From positions 167,400,001-167,464,000 of the forward strand of contig OZ024742.1 of assembly GCA_964016885.1 (NCBI GenBank): DNA of 64,000 nucleotides. Reading direction: 5' to 3'. The position numbers and the translations under genes are program-made. The notes beneath the pieces were generated by a model that was not told where the DNA came from, made no database searches, and was given only the letters and a program-made list of their open reading frames with translations. Below are positions 38,901-53,369 of this stretch, piece after piece (the stretch's first letter is position 1; every line of letters begins with the position of its first letter). This DNA comes from Eledone cirrhosa. Lineage: Eukaryota.

Positions 38901-41900
38901 ATTTAAAAAAAAAATCAGGCGGAGATAATTTGTAAAAAAAATCAAGGGGAGATAATTTGCAACCGTCCAAGGGGACATAATTTTCAGTCGTCCAAGGAGA
39001 GGTAATTTCTAGCCGTACAAGGGGAGATAATTTCCAGCCGTCCAAGGGGAGATAATTTCCAGCCGTCCAAGGGGAGATAATTTTTTTTTAAAAATCAGGG
39101 GGAGATAATTTGTAAAAAAAAATCAGGGGGAGATAATTTGTAAAAAAAAATCAGGGGGAGATAATTTGTAAAAAAAATCAAGGGGAGATAATTTCCAGCC
39201 GTCCAAGGGAAGATAATTTCCAGCCCTCCAAGGGGCTATAATTTCCAGCGTCCAAGGGGAGATAATTTCCAGCCAGCGAAGGGGAGATAATTGTTTTAAA
39301 AAAATCATTGGGAGATTTGTAAAAAAAATCAGGGGGAGATAATTAATAAAAAAAATCAAGGGGAGATAATTTCCAGCCGTCCAAGGGGAGGTAATATCTA
39401 GCCGTCCAAGGGGAGATAATTTCCAGCCGTCCAAGGGAGATAATTTCCAGCCGTCCAAGGGTAGATAATATCCAGCCGTCCAAGGAGACATATTTTCCAG
39501 CCGTCCAAGGAGAGGTAATTTCTAGCCGTCCAAGGGGAGATAAATTCCAGCCTCCAAGGGGAGATAATTTCCAGCCAGCCAAGGGGAGATAATTTGTAAA
39601 AAAATCAGGGGGAGATAATTTGTAAAATAAATCAGGGGTAGATAATTTGTAAAAAAAAATCAGGGGGAGATAATTTGTAAAAAAAAATCAGGGGGAGATA
39701 ATATGTAAAAAAAATCAAGGGGAGATAATTTCCAGCCGTCCAAGGAGAGATAATTTTAAAAAAAAATCAGGCGGAGATAATTTGTAAAAAAAAATCAGGG
39801 GGAGATAATTTGTAAAAAAAAATCAGGGGGAGATAATTTGTAAAAAAAATCAAGGGGAGATAATTTCCAGCCGTCCAAGGGGAGATAATTTCCAGCCGTC
39901 CAAGGGGAAATAATTTTTTTAAAAAAATCAGGCGGAGATAATTTGTAAAAAAAATCAGGGGGAGATAATTTGTAAAAAAAAATCAGGGGGAGATAATTTG
40001 TAAAAAAAAATCAGGGGTAGATAATTTCCAGCCGTCCAAGGTAAGATAATTTCCAGCCCTCCAAGGGGCTATAATTTCCAGCATCCAAGGGGAGATAATT
40101 TCCAGCCGTCCAATGGTAGATAATATCCAGCCGTCCAAGTAGACATTTTCCAGCCGTCCAAGGAGAGGTAATTTCTAGCCGTCCAAGGGGAGATAAATTC
40201 CAGCCTCCAAGGGGAGATAATTTCCAGCCAGCCAAGGGGAGATAATTTGTAAAAAAATCAGGGGGAGATAATTTGTAAAAAAAATCAGGGGGAGATAATT
40301 TGTAATAAAAATCAGGGGGAGATAATTTGTAAAAAAAAATCAGGGGGAGATAATTTGTAAAAAAAAATCAGGGGGAGATAATTTGTAAAAAAAATCAAGG
40401 GGAGATAATTTCCAGCCGTCCAAGGGGAGATAATTTTCAGCCGTCCAAGGGGAGATAATTTCCAGCCGTCCAAGGGGAGATAATTTCCATCCTTCCAAGG
40501 GGAGATAATTTCCAGCCGTCCAAGGGGAGATAATTTTCAGTCGTCCAAGGGGAGATAATTTCCCGCCAGCCAAGGGAAGATAATATTTTAAAAAATCAGG
40601 CGGAGATAATTTGTAAAAAAAATCAGGGGGAGATAATTTGTAAAAAAATCAGGGGGAGATAATTTGTAAAAAAAAAATCAGGGGGAGATAATTTGTAAAA
40701 AAAATCAGGGGGAGATAATTTGTAAAAAAAAAATCAGGGGTAGATAATTTGTAAAAAAAAATCAGGGGGAGATAATTTGTAAAAAAAAAATCAGGGGGAG
40801 ATAATTTGTAAAAAAAATCAGGGGGAGATAATTTGTAAAAAAAAATCAGGGGGAGATAATTTCCAGCCGTCCAAGGGGAGATAATTTTCAGCCGTCCAAG
40901 GGGAGATAATTTCCCGCCAGCCAAGGGAAGATAATATTTAAAAAAATCAGGCGGAGATAATTTGTAAAAAAAATCAGGGGGAGATAATTTGTAAAAAAAT
41001 CAGGGGGAGATAATTTGTAAAAAAAATCAAGGGGAGATAATTTCCAGCCGTCCAAGGGGAGGTAATATCTAGACGTCCAAGGGGAGATAATTTCCAGCCG
41101 TCCAACAGGAGATAATTTCCAGCCGTCCAAGGGTAGATAATATCCAGCCGTCCAAGGAGACATATTTTCCAGCCGTCCAAGGAGAGGTAATTTCTAGCCG
41201 TCCAAGGGGAGATAAATTCCAGCCTCCAAGGGGAGATAATTTCCAGCCAGCCAAGGGGAGATAATTTGTAAAAAAAATCAGGGGGAGATAATTTGTAAAA
41301 AAAATCAGGGGTAGATAATTTGTAAAAAAAAATCAGGGGGAGATAATTTGTAAAAAAAAATCAGGGGGAGATAATTTGTAAAAAAAATCAAGGGGAGATA
41401 ATTTCCAGCCGTCGAAGGGAAGATAATTTCCAGCCCTCCAAGGGGCTATAATTTCCAGCGTCCAAGGGGAGATAATTTCCAGCCGTCCAAGGGGAGATAA
41501 TTTCCAGCCGTCCAAGGGTAGATAATATCCAGCCGTCCAAGTAGACATTTTCCAGCCGTCCAAGGAGAGGTAATTTCTAGCCGTCCAAGGGGAGATAAAT
41601 TCCAGCCTCCAAGGGAAGATAATTTCCAGCCAGCCAAGGGGAGATAATTTGTAAAAAAAAATCAGGGGGAGATAATTTGTAAAAAAAAATCAGGGGGAGA
41701 TAATTTGTAAAAAAAAATCAGGGGGAGATAATTTGTAAAAAAAATCAGGGGGAGATAATTTGTAAAAAAAATCAAGGGGAGATAATTTCCAGCCGTCCAA
41801 GGGGAGATAATTTTCAGCCGTCCAAGGGGAGATAATTTCCAGCCGTCCAAGGGGAGATAATTTCCATCCTTCCAAGGGGAGATAATTTCCAGCCGTCCAA

Positions 41901-44900
41901 GGGGAGATAATTTTCAGCCGTCCAAGGGGAGATAATTTCCCGCCAGCCAAGGGAAGATAATATTTTAAAAAATCAGGCGGAGATAATTTGTAAAAAAAAT
42001 CAGGGGGAGATAATTTGTAAAAAAATCAGGGGGAGATAATTTGTAAAAAAAAAATCAGGGGGAGATAATTTGTAAAAAAAATCAGGGGGAGATAATTTGT
42101 AAAAAAAAATCAGGGGTAGATAATTTGTAAAAAAAAATCAGGGGGAGATAATTTGTAAAAAAAAAATCAGGGGGAGATAATTTGTAAAAAAAATCAAGGG
42201 GAGATAATTTCCAGCCGTCCAAGGAGAGATAATTTAAAAAAAAAATCAGGCGGAGATAATTTGTAAAAAAAATCAAGGGGAGATAATTTGTAAAAAAAAA
42301 TCAGGGGGAGATAATTTGTAAAAAAAATCAAGGGGAGATAATTTCCAGCCGTCCAAGGGAAGATAATTTCCAGCACTCCAACGGGCTATAATTTGCAGTG
42401 TCCAAGGGGAGATAATTTCCAGCCAGCGAAGGGGAGATAATTTTTTTAAAAAAATCAGGGGGAGATATGTAAAAAAAATCAGAGGGAGATAATTTCTAAA
42501 AAAAATCAAAGGGAGATAATTTCCAGCCGTCCAAAGAGAGATAATTTCTAGCCGTCCAAGGGGAGATAATTTCCAGCCAAGGGGAGATAATTTCCAGCCG
42601 TCCAAGGGGAGATAATTATTTAAAAAATCAGGTGGAGATAATTTTTAAAAAAAAATCAGGGGGAGATAATTTGTAAAAAAAAATCAGGGGGAGATAATTT
42701 GTAAAAAAAATCAAGGGGAGATAATTTGTAAAAAAAAATCAAGGGGAGATAATTTCCAGCCGTCCAAGGGGAGATAATTTTCAGCCGTCCAAGGGGAGAT
42801 AATTTCCCGCCAGCCAAGGAAAGATAATATTTAAAAAAATCAGGCGGAGATAATTTGTAAAAAAAATCAGGGGGAGATAATTTGTAAAAAAATCAGGGGG
42901 AGATAATTTGTAAAAAAAAAATCAGGGGGAGATAATTTGTAAAAAAAATCAGGGGGAGATAATTTGTAAAAAAAAATCAGGGGGAGATAATTTGTAAAAA
43001 AAAATCAGGGGGAGATAATTTGTAAAAAAAATCAATTGGAGATAATTTCCAGCCGTCCAAGGGGAGATAATTTTCAGCCGTCCAAGGAGAGGTAATTTCT
43101 AGACGTCCAAGGGGAGATAATTTCCAGCCGTCCAAGGGGAGATAATTTCCAGCCGTCCAAGGGTAGATAATATCCAGCCGTCCAAGGAGACATATTTTCC
43201 AGCTTTCCAAGGAGAGGTAATTTCTAGCCGTCCAAGGGGAGATAAATTCCAGCCTCCAAGGGGAGATAATTTCCAGCCAGCCAAGGGGAGATAATTTGTA
43301 AAAAAATCAGGGGGAGATAATTTGTAAAAAAAAATCAGGGGCAGATAATTTGTAAAAAAAATCAGGAGGAGATAATTTGTAAAAAAAATCAGGGGGAGAT
43401 AATTTGTAAAAAAAATCAAGGGGAGATAATTTCCAGCCGTCCAAGGGGAGATAATTTTCAGCCGTCCAAGGGGAGATAATTTCCCGCCAGCCAAGGGAAG
43501 ATAATATTTAAAAAATGAGGCGGAGATAATTTGTAAAAAAAATCAGGGGGAGATAATTTGTAAAAAAATCAGGGGGAGATAATTTGTAAAAAAAAAATCA
43601 GGGAGAGATAATTTGTAAAAAAAATCAGGGGGAGATAATTTGTAAAAAAAAATCAGGGGTAGATAATTTGTAAAAAAAAATCAGGGGGAGATAATTTGTA
43701 AAAAAAATCAGGGTGAGATAATTTGTAAAAAAAATCAAGGGGAGATAATTTCCAGCCGTCCAAGGGAAGATAATTTCAAGCCCTCCAAGGGGCTATAATT
43801 TCCAGTGTCCAAGGGGAGATAATTTCCAGCCAGCGAAGGGGAGATAATTTTTTTTTTTAAATCAGGGGGAGATTTGTACAAAAAATCAGGGGGAGATAAT
43901 TTGTAAAAAAAATCAAAGGGAGATAATTTCCAGCCGTCCAAAGAGAGATAATTTCTAGCCGTCCAAGGGGAGATAATTTCGAGCCAAGCGGAGATAATTT
44001 CCAGCCGTCCAAGGGGAGATAATTTTTTAAAAAATCAGGTGGAGATAATTTGTAAAAAAAATCAGGGGGAGATAATTTGTAAAAACAAAATCAAGGGCAG
44101 ATAATTTCCAGCTGTCCAAGGGGAGATAATTTCCAGCCGTGCAAGGGGAGATAATTTCCAGCCGTCCAAGGGGAGATAATTTCCATCCTTCCAAGGGGAG
44201 ATAATTTCCAGCCGTCCAAGGGGAGATAATTTCCCGCCAGCCAAGGGAAGATAATTTTTTAAAAAATCAGGCGGAGATTGTAAAAAAAATCAGGGGGAGA
44301 TAATTTGTAAAAAAATCAGGGGGAGATAATTTGTAAAAAAATCAAGGGGAGATAATTTCCAGCTGTCCAAAGGGAGGTAATATCTAGCCGTCCAAGGGGA
44401 GATAATTTCCAGCCGTCCAAGGGGAGATAATTTCCAGCCGTCCAAGGGTAGATAATATCCAGCCGTCCAAGGAGACATATTTTCCAGCCGTCCAAGGAGA
44501 GGTAATTTCTAGCCGTCCAAGTGGAGATAAATTCCAGCCTCCAAGGGGAGGGTAGATAATATCCAGCCGTCCAAGGAGACATATTTTCCAGCTTTCCAAG
44601 GAGAGGTAATTTCTAGCCGTCCAAGGGGAGATAAATTCCAGCCTCCAAGGGGAGATAATTTCCAGCCAGCCAAGGGGAGATAATTTGTAAAAAAATCAGG
44701 GGGAGATAATTTGTAAAAAAAAATCAGGGGCAGATAATTTGTAAAAAAAATCAGGAGATAATTTGTAAAAAAAATCAGGGGGAGATAATTTGTAAAAAAA
44801 ATCAAGGGGAGATAATTTCCAGCCGTCCAAGGGGAGATAATTTTCAGCCGTCCAAGGGGAGATAATTTCCCGCCAGCCAAGGGAAGATAATATTTAAAAA

Positions 44901-47900
44901 ATGAGGCGGAGATAATTTGTAAAAAAAATCAGGGGGAGATAATTTGTAAAAAAATCAGGGGGAGATAATTTGTAAAAAAAAAATCAGGGAGAGATAATTT
45001 GTAAAAAAAATCAGGGGGAGATAATTTGTAAAAAAAAATCAGGGGTAGATAATTTGTAAAAAAAATCAGGGGGAGATAATTTGTAAAAAAAATCAGGGTG
45101 AGATAATTTGTAAAAAAAATCAAGGGGAGATAATTTCCAGCCGTCCAAGGGAAGATAATTTCAAGCCCTCCAAGGGGCTATAATTTCCAGTGTCCAAGGG
45201 GAGATAATTTCCAGCCAGCGAAGGGGAGATAATTTTTTTTTTTAAATCAGGGGGAGATTTGTACAAAAAATCAGGGGGAGATAATTTGTAAAAAAAATCA
45301 AAGGGAGATAATTTCCAGCCGTCCAAAGAGAGATAATTTCTAGCCGTCCAAGGGGAGATAATTTCGAGCCAAGCGGAGATAATTTCCAGCCGTCCAAGGG
45401 GAGATTTTTTTTTAAAAAATCAGGTGGAGATAATTTGTAAAAAAAATCAGGGGGAGATAATTTGTAAAAACAAAATCAAGGGCAGATAATTTCCAGCTGT
45501 CCAAGGGGAGATAATTTCCAGCCGTGCAAGGGGAGATAATTTCCAGCCGTCCAAGGGGAGATAATTTCCATCCTTCCAAGGGGAGATAATTTCCAGCCGT
45601 CCAAGGGGAGATAATTTCCCGCCAGCCAAGGGAAGATAATTTTTTAAAAAATCAGGCGGAGATTGTAAAAAAAATCAGGGGGAGATAATTTGTAAAAAAA
45701 TCAGGGGGAGATAATTTGTAAAAAAATCAAGGGGAGATAATTTCCAGCTGTCCAAAGGGAGGTAATATCTAGCCGTCCAAGGGGAGATAATTTCCAGCCG
45801 TCCAAGGGGAGATAATTTCCAGCCGTCCAAGGGTAGATAATATCCAGCCGTCCAAGGAGACATATTTTCCAGCCGTCCAAGGAGAGGTAATTTCTAGCCG
45901 TCCAAGTGGAGATAAATTCCAGCCTCCAAGGGGAGATAATTTCCAGCCAGCCAAGGGGAGATAATTTGTAAAAAAATCAGGGGGAGATAATTTGTAAAAA
46001 AAATCAGGGGGAGATAATTTGTAAAAAAAATCAGGGGGAGATAATTTGTAAAAAAAATCAGGGGGAGATAATTTGTAAAAAAAATCAAGGGGAGATAATT
46101 TCCAGCCGTCCAAGGAGAGATAATTTTAAAAAAAAATCAGGCGGAGATAATTTGTAAAAAAAAATCAGGGGGAGATAATTTGTAAAAAAAAATCAGGGGG
46201 AGATAATTTGTAAAAAAAATCAAGGGGAGATAATTTCCAGCCGTCCAAGGGGAGATAATTTTCAGCCGTCCAAGGGGAGATAATTTCCAGCCGTCCAAGG
46301 GGAGATAATTTGAAAAAAAAATCAGGCGGAGATAATTTGTAAAAAAAATCAAGGGGAGATAATTTGCAACCGTCCAAGGGGACATAATTTTCAGTCGTCC
46401 AAGGAGAGGTAATTTCTAGCCGTACAAGGGGAGATAATTTCCAGCCGTCCAAGGGGAGATAATTTCCAGCCGTCCAAGGGGAGATAATTTTTTTTTAAAA
46501 ATCAGGCGGAGATAATTTGTAAAAAAAAAATCAGGGGGAGATAATTTGTAAAAAAAAATCAGGGGGAGATAATTTGTAAAAAAAATCAGGGGGAGATAAT
46601 TTGTAAAAAAAATCAAGGGGAGATAATTTCCAGCCGTCCAAGGGAAGATAATTTCCAGCCCTCCAAGGGGCTATAATTTCCAGCGTCCAAGAGGAGATAA
46701 TTTCCAGCCAGCGAAGGGGAGATAATTGTTTTAAAAAAATCATTGGGAGATTTGTAAAAAAAATCAGGGGGAGATAATTAATAAAAAAAATCAAGGGTAG
46801 ATAATTTCCAGCCGTCCAAGGGGAGGTAATATCTAGCCGTCCAAGGGGAGATAATTTCCAGCCGTCCAAGGGGAGATAATTTCCAGCCGTCCAAGGGTAG
46901 ATAATATCCAGCCGTCCAAGGAGACATATTTTCCAGCCGTCCAAGGAGAGGTAATTTCTAGCCGTCCAAGGGGAGATAAATTCCAGCCTCCAAGGGGAGA
47001 TAATTTCCAGCCAGCCAAGGGGAGATAATTTGTAAAAAAATCAGGGGGAGATAATTTGTAAAAAAAATCAGGGGTAGATAATTTGTAAAAAAAAATCAGG
47101 GGGAGATAATTTGTAAAAAAAAATCAGGGGGAGATAATTTGTAAAAAAAATCAAGGGGAGATAATTTCCAGCCGTCCAAGGAGAGATAATTTTTAAAAAA
47201 AATCAGGCGGAGATAATTTGTAAAAAAAAATCAGGGGGAGATAATTTGTAAAAAAAAATCAGGGGGAGATAATTTGTAAAAAAAATCAAGGGGAGATAAT
47301 TTCCAGCCGTCCAAGGGGAGATAATTTCCAGCCGTCCAAGGGGAAATAATTTTTTTAAAAAAATCAGGCGGAGATAATTTGTAAAAAAAATCAGGGGTAG
47401 ATAATTTGTAAAAAAAAATCAGGGGGAGATAATTTGTAAAAAAAAATCAGGGGGAGATAATTTCCAGCCGTCCAAGGTAAGATAATTTCCAGCCCTCCAA
47501 GGGGCTATAATTTCCAGCATCCAAGGGGAGATAATTTCCAGCCGTCCAAGGGTAGATAATATCCAGCCGTCCAAGTAGACATATTTTCCAGCCGTCCAAG
47601 GAGAGGTAATTTCTAGCCGTCCAAGGGGAGATAAATTCCAGCCTCCAAAGGTAGATAATTTCCAGCCAGCCAAGGGGAGATAATTTGTAAAAAAATCAGG
47701 GGGAGATAATTTGTAAAAAAAATCAGGGGGAGATAATTTGTAAAAAAAAATCAGGGGGAGATAATTTGTAAAAAAAAATCAGGGGGAGATAATTTGTAAA
47801 AAAAATCAAGGGGAGATAATTTCCAGCCGTCCAAGGGGAGATAATTTTCAGCCGTCCAAGGGGAGATAATTTCCAGCCGTCCAAGGGGAGATAATTTCCA

Positions 47901-49360
47901 TCCTTCCAAGGGGAGATAATTTCCAGCCGTCCAAGGGGAGATAATTTTCAGTCGTCCAAGGGGAGATAATTTCCCGCCAGCCAAGGGAAGATAATATTTT
48001 AAAAAATCAGGCGGAGATAATTTGTAAAAAAAATCAGGGGGAGATAATTTGTAAAAAAATCAGGGGGAGATAATTTGTAAAAAAAAAATCAGGGGGAGAT
48101 AATTTGTGAAAAAAATCAGGGGGAGATAATTTGCAAAAAAAAAATCAGGGGTAGATAATTTGTAAAAAAAAATCAGGGGGAGATAATTTGTAAAAAAAAA
48201 ATCAGGGGGAGATAATTTGTAAAAAAAATCAGGGGGAGATAATTTGTAAAAAAAAATCAGGGGGAGATAATTTCCAGCCGTCCAAGGGGAGATAATTTTC
48301 AGCCGTCCAAGGGGAGATAATTTCCCGCCAGCCAAGGGAAGATAATATTTAAAAAAATCAGGCGGAGATAATTTGTAAAAAAAATCAGGGGGAGATAATT
48401 TGTAAAAAAATCAGGGGGAGATAATTTGTAAAAAAAATCAAGGGGAGATAATTTCCAGCCGTCCAAGGGGAGGTAATATCTAGCCGTCCAAGGGGAGATA
48501 ATTTCCAGCCGTCCAACAGGAGATAATTTCCAGCCGTCCAAGGGTAGATAATATCCAGCCGTCCAAGGAGACATATTTTCCAGCCGTCCAAGGAGAGGTA
48601 ATTTCTAGCCGTCCAAGGGGAGATAAATTCCAGCCTCCAAGGGGAGATAATTTCCAGCCAGCCAAGGGGAGATAATTTGTAAAAAAAATCAGGGGGAGAT
48701 AATTTGTAAAAAAAATCAGGGGTAGATAATTTGTAAAAAAAAATCAGGGGGAGATAATTTGTAAAAAAAAATCAGGGGGAGATAATTTGTAAAAAAAATC
48801 AAGGGGAGATAATTTCCAGCCGTCGAAGGGAAGATAATTTCCAGCCCTCCAAGGGGCTATAATTTCCAGCGTCCAAGGGGAGATAATTTCCAGCCGTCCA
48901 AGGGGAGATAATTTCCAGCCGTCCAAGGGTAGATAATATCCAGCCGTCCAAGTAGACATTTTCCAGCCGTCCAAGGAGAGGTAATTTCTAGCCGTCCAAG
49001 GGGAGATAAATTCCAGCCTCCAAGGGAAGATAATTTCCAGCCAGCCAAGGGGAGATAATTTGTAAAAAAATCAGGGGGAGATAATTTGTAAAAAAAAATC
49101 AGGGGGAGATAATTTGTAAAAAAAAATCAGGGGGAGATAATTTGTAAATAAAAATCAGGGGGAGATAATTTGTAAAAAAAATCAGGGGGAGATAATTTGT
49201 AAAAAAAATCAAGGGGAGATAATTTCCAGCCGTCCAAGGGGAGATAATTTTCAGCCGTCCAAGGGGAGATAATTTCCAGCCGTCCAAGGGGAGATAATTT
49301 CCATCCTTCCAAGGGGAGATAATTTCCAGCCGTCCAAGGGGAGATAATTTTCAGCCGTCC
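9670..49360 (+). repeat. Tandem higher-order duplication, unit ~19.74-19.95 kb (copy 1 ~9670-29405, copy 2 ~29405-49360)
   Basis: The ORF offset is a constant 19738 from 9773/29511 to 22535/42273, then 19950-19952 from 23027/42977 to 29147/49099. Variants shared by the two copies include GAGATCATTTG (~10131/~29869) and CCAAAGGGCTA (~10562/~30300). Confidence 0.93.
12311..15055 (+). repeat. Local tandem duplication of ~1.36-1.39 kb with an out-of-register junction at ~13672
   Basis: ORF offset 1385 (12858/14243, 13185/14570, 13413/14798). The junction reads CCTCCAAGGGGAG|GGTAGATAATATCC and is also present at about 24598, 33410 and 44549. Confidence 0.88.
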
Positions 49361-52300
49361 AAGGGGAGATAATTTCCCGCCAGCCAAGGGAAGATAATAT
49401 TTTAAAAAATCAGGCGGAGATAATTTGTAAAAAAAATCAGGGGGAGATAATTTGTAAAAAAATCAGGGGGAGATAATTTGTAAAAAAAAAATCAGGGGGA
49501 GATAATTTGTAAAAAAAATCAGGGGGAGATAATTTGTAAAAAAAAATCAGGGGTAGATAATTTGTAAAAAAAAATCAGGGGGAGATAATTTGTAAAAAAA
49601 AAATCAGGGGGAGATAATTTGTAAAAAAAATCAAGGGGAGATAATTTCCAGCCGTCCAAGGAGAGATAATTTAAAAAAAAAATCAGGCGGAGATAATTTG
49701 TAAAAAAAATCAAGGGGAGATAATTTGTAAAAAAAAATCAGGGGGAGATAATTTGTAAAAAAAATCAAGGGGAGATAATTTCCAGCCGTCCAAGGGAAGA
49801 TAATTTCCAGCACTCCAACGGGCTATAATTTGCAGTGTCCAAGGGGAGATAATTTCCAGCCAGCGAAGGGGAGATAATTTTTTTTAAAAAATCAGGGGGA
49901 GATATGTAAAAAAAATCAGAGGGAGATAATTTCTAAAAAAAATCAAAGGGAGATAATTTCCAGCCGTCCAAAGAGAGATAATTTCTAGCCGTCCAAGGGG
50001 AGATAATTTCCAGCCAAGGGGAGATAATTTCCAGCCGTCCAAGGGGAGATAATTATTTAAAAAATCAGGTGGAGATAATTTGTCAAAAAAATCAGGGGGA
50101 GATAATTTGTAAAAACAAAATCAAGGGCAGATAATTTCCAGCTGTCCAAGGGGAGATAATTTCCAGCCGTGCAAGGGGAGATAATTTCCAGCCGTCCAAG
50201 GGGAGATAATTTCCATCCTTCCAAGGGGAGATAATTTCCAGCCGTCCAAGGGGAGATAATTTCCCGCCAGCCAAGGGAAGATAATTTTTTAAAAAATCAG
50301 GCGGAGATTGTAAAAAAAATCAGGGGGAGATAATTTGTAAAAAAATCAGGAGGAGATAATTTGTAAAAAAATCAAGGGGAGATAATTTCCAGCTGTCCAA
50401 GGGGAGGTAATATCTAGCCGTCCAAGGGGAGATAATTTTCAGCCGTCCAAGGGGAGATAATTTCCAGCCGTCCAAGGGTAGATAATATCCAGCCGTCCAA
50501 GGAGACATATTTTCCAGCCGTCCAAGGAGAGGTAATTTCTAGCCGTCCAAGTGGAGATAAATTCCAGCCTCCAAGGGGAGATAATTTCCAGCCAGCCAAG
50601 GGGAGATAATTTGTAAAAAAATCAGGGGGAGATAATTTGTAAAAAAAATCAGGGGGAGATAATTTGTAAAAAAAAATCAGGGGGAGATAATTTGTAAAAA
50701 AAATCAGGGGGAGATAATTTGTAAAAAAAATCAAGGGGAGATAATTTCCAGCCGTCCACGGAGAGATAATTTAAAAAAAAAATCAGGCGGAGATAATTTG
50801 TAAAAAAAAATCAGGGGGAGATAATTTGTAAAAAAAAATCAGGGGGAGATAATTTGTAAAAAAAATCAAGGGGAGATAATTTCCAGCCGTCCAAGGGGAG
50901 ATAATTTCCAGCCGTCCAAGGGGAGATAATTTTAAAAAAAAATCAGGCGGAGATAATTTGTAAAAAAAATCAAGGGGAGATAATTTGCAACCGTCCAAGG
51001 GGACATAATTTTCAGTCGTCCAAGGAGAGGTAATTTCTAGCCGTACAAGGGGAGATAATTTCCAGCCGTCCAAGGGGAGATAATTTCCAGCCGTCCAAGG
51101 GGAGATAATTTTTTTTTAAAAATCAGGCGGAGATAATTTGTAAAAAAAAAATCAGGGGGAGATAATTTGTAAAAAAAAATCAGGGGGAGATAATTTGTAA
51201 AAAAAAATCAGGGGGAGATAATTTGTAAAAAAAATCAAGGGGAGATAATTTCCAGCCGTCCAAGGGAAGATAATTTCCAGCCCTCCAAGGGGCTATAATT
51301 TCCAGCGTCCAAGGGGAGATAATTTCCAGCCAGCGAAGGGGAGATAATTGTTTTAAAAAAATCATTGCGAGATTTGTAAAAAAAATCAGGGGGAGATTAA
51401 TAAAAAAAATCAAGGGGAGATAATTTCCAGCCGTACAAGGGGAGGTAATATCTAGCCGTCCAAGGGGAGATAATTTCCAGCCGTCCAAGGGGAGATAATT
51501 TCCAGCCGTCCAAGGGTAGATAATATCCAGCCGTCCAAGGAGACATATTTTCCAGCCGTCCAAGGAGAGGTAATTTCTAGCCGTCCAAGGGGAGATAAAT
51601 TCCAGCCTCCAAGGGGAGATAATTTCCAGCCAGCCAAGGGGAGATAATTTGTAAAAAAATCAGGGGGAGATAATTTGTAAAAAAAATCAGGGGTAGATAA
51701 TTTGTAAAAAAAAATCAGGGGGAGATAATTTGTAAAAAAAAATCAGGGGGAGATAATTTGTAAAAAAATCAAGGGGAGATAATTTCCAGCCGTCCAAGGA
51801 GAGATAATTTAAAAAAAAAATCAGGCGGAGATAATTTGTAAAAAAAAATCAGGGGGAGATAATTTGTAAAAAAAAATCAGGGGGAGATAATTTGTAAAAA
51901 AAATCAAGGGGAGATAATTTCCAGCCGTCCAAGGGGAGATAATTTCCAGCCGTCCAAGGGGAGATAATTTTTTTAAAAAAATCAGGCGGAGATAATTTGT
52001 AAAAAAAGTCAGGGGGAGATAATTTGTAAAAAAAAATCAGGGGGAGATAATTTGTAAAAAAAAATCAGGGGGAGATAATTTCCAGCCGTCCAAGGTAAGA
52101 TAATTTCCAGCCCTCCAAGGGGCTATAATTTCCAGCATCCAAGGGGAGATCATTTCCAGCCGTCCAAGGGTAGATAATATCCAGCCGTCCAAGTAGACAT
52201 ATTTTCCAGCCGTCCAAGGAGAGGTAATTTCTAGCCGTCCAAGGGGAGATAAATTCCAGCCTCCAAGGGGAGATAATTTCCAGCCAGCCAAGGGGAGATA

Positions 52301-53369
52301 ATTTGTAAAAAAATCAGGGGAGATAATTTGTAAAAAAAATCAGGGGGAGATAATTACTAAAAAAAAATCAGGGGGAGATAATTTGTAAAAAAAAATCAGG
52401 GGGAGATAATTTGTAAAAAAAAATCAGGGGGAGATAATTTCCAGCCGTCCAAGGGGAGATAATTTCCAGCCGTCCAAGGGTAGATAATATCCAGCCGTCC
52501 AAGTAGACATTTTCCAGCCGTCCAAGGAGAGGTAATTTCTAGCCGTCCAAGGGGAGATAAATTCCAGCCTCCAAGGGAAGATAATTTCCAGCCAGCCAAG
52601 GGGAGATAATTTGTAAAAAAATCAGGGGGAGATAATTTGTAAAAAAAATCAGGGGGAGATAATTTGTAAAAAAAAATCAGGGGGAGATAATTTGTAAAAA
52701 AAATCAGGGGGAGATAATTTGTAAAAAAAATCAAGGGGAGATAATTTCCAGCCGTCCAAGGGGAGATAATTTTCAGCCGTCCAAGGGGAGATAATTTCCA
52801 GCCGTCCAAGGGGAGATAATTTCCATCCTTCCAAGGGGAGATAATTTCCAGCCGTCCAAGGGGAGATAATTTTCAGCCGTCCAAGTGGAGATAATTTCCA
52901 GCCGTCCAAGGGGAGATAATTTCCAGCCGTCCAAGGGGAAATAATTTTTTTAAAAAAATCAGGCGGAGATAATTTGTAAAAAAAATCAGGGGGAGATAAT
53001 TTGTAAAAAAAAATCAGGGGGAGATAATTTGTAAAAAAAAATCAGGGGGAGATAATTTCCAGCCGTCCAAGGTAAGATAATTTCCAGCCCTCCAAGGGGC
53101 TATAATTTCCAGCATCCAAGGGGAGATAATTTCCAGCCGTCCAAGGGTAGATAATATCCAGCCGTCCAAGTAGACATATTTTCCAGCCGTCCAAGGAGAG
53201 GTAATTTCTAGCCGTCCAAGGGGAGATAAATTCCAGCCTCCAAGGGGAGATAATTTCCAGCTAGCCAAGGGCAGATAATTTGTAAAAAAATCAGGGGGAG
53301 ATAATTTGTAAAAAAAATCAGGGGGAGATAATTTGTAAAAAAAAATCAGGGGGAGATAATTTGTAAAAA

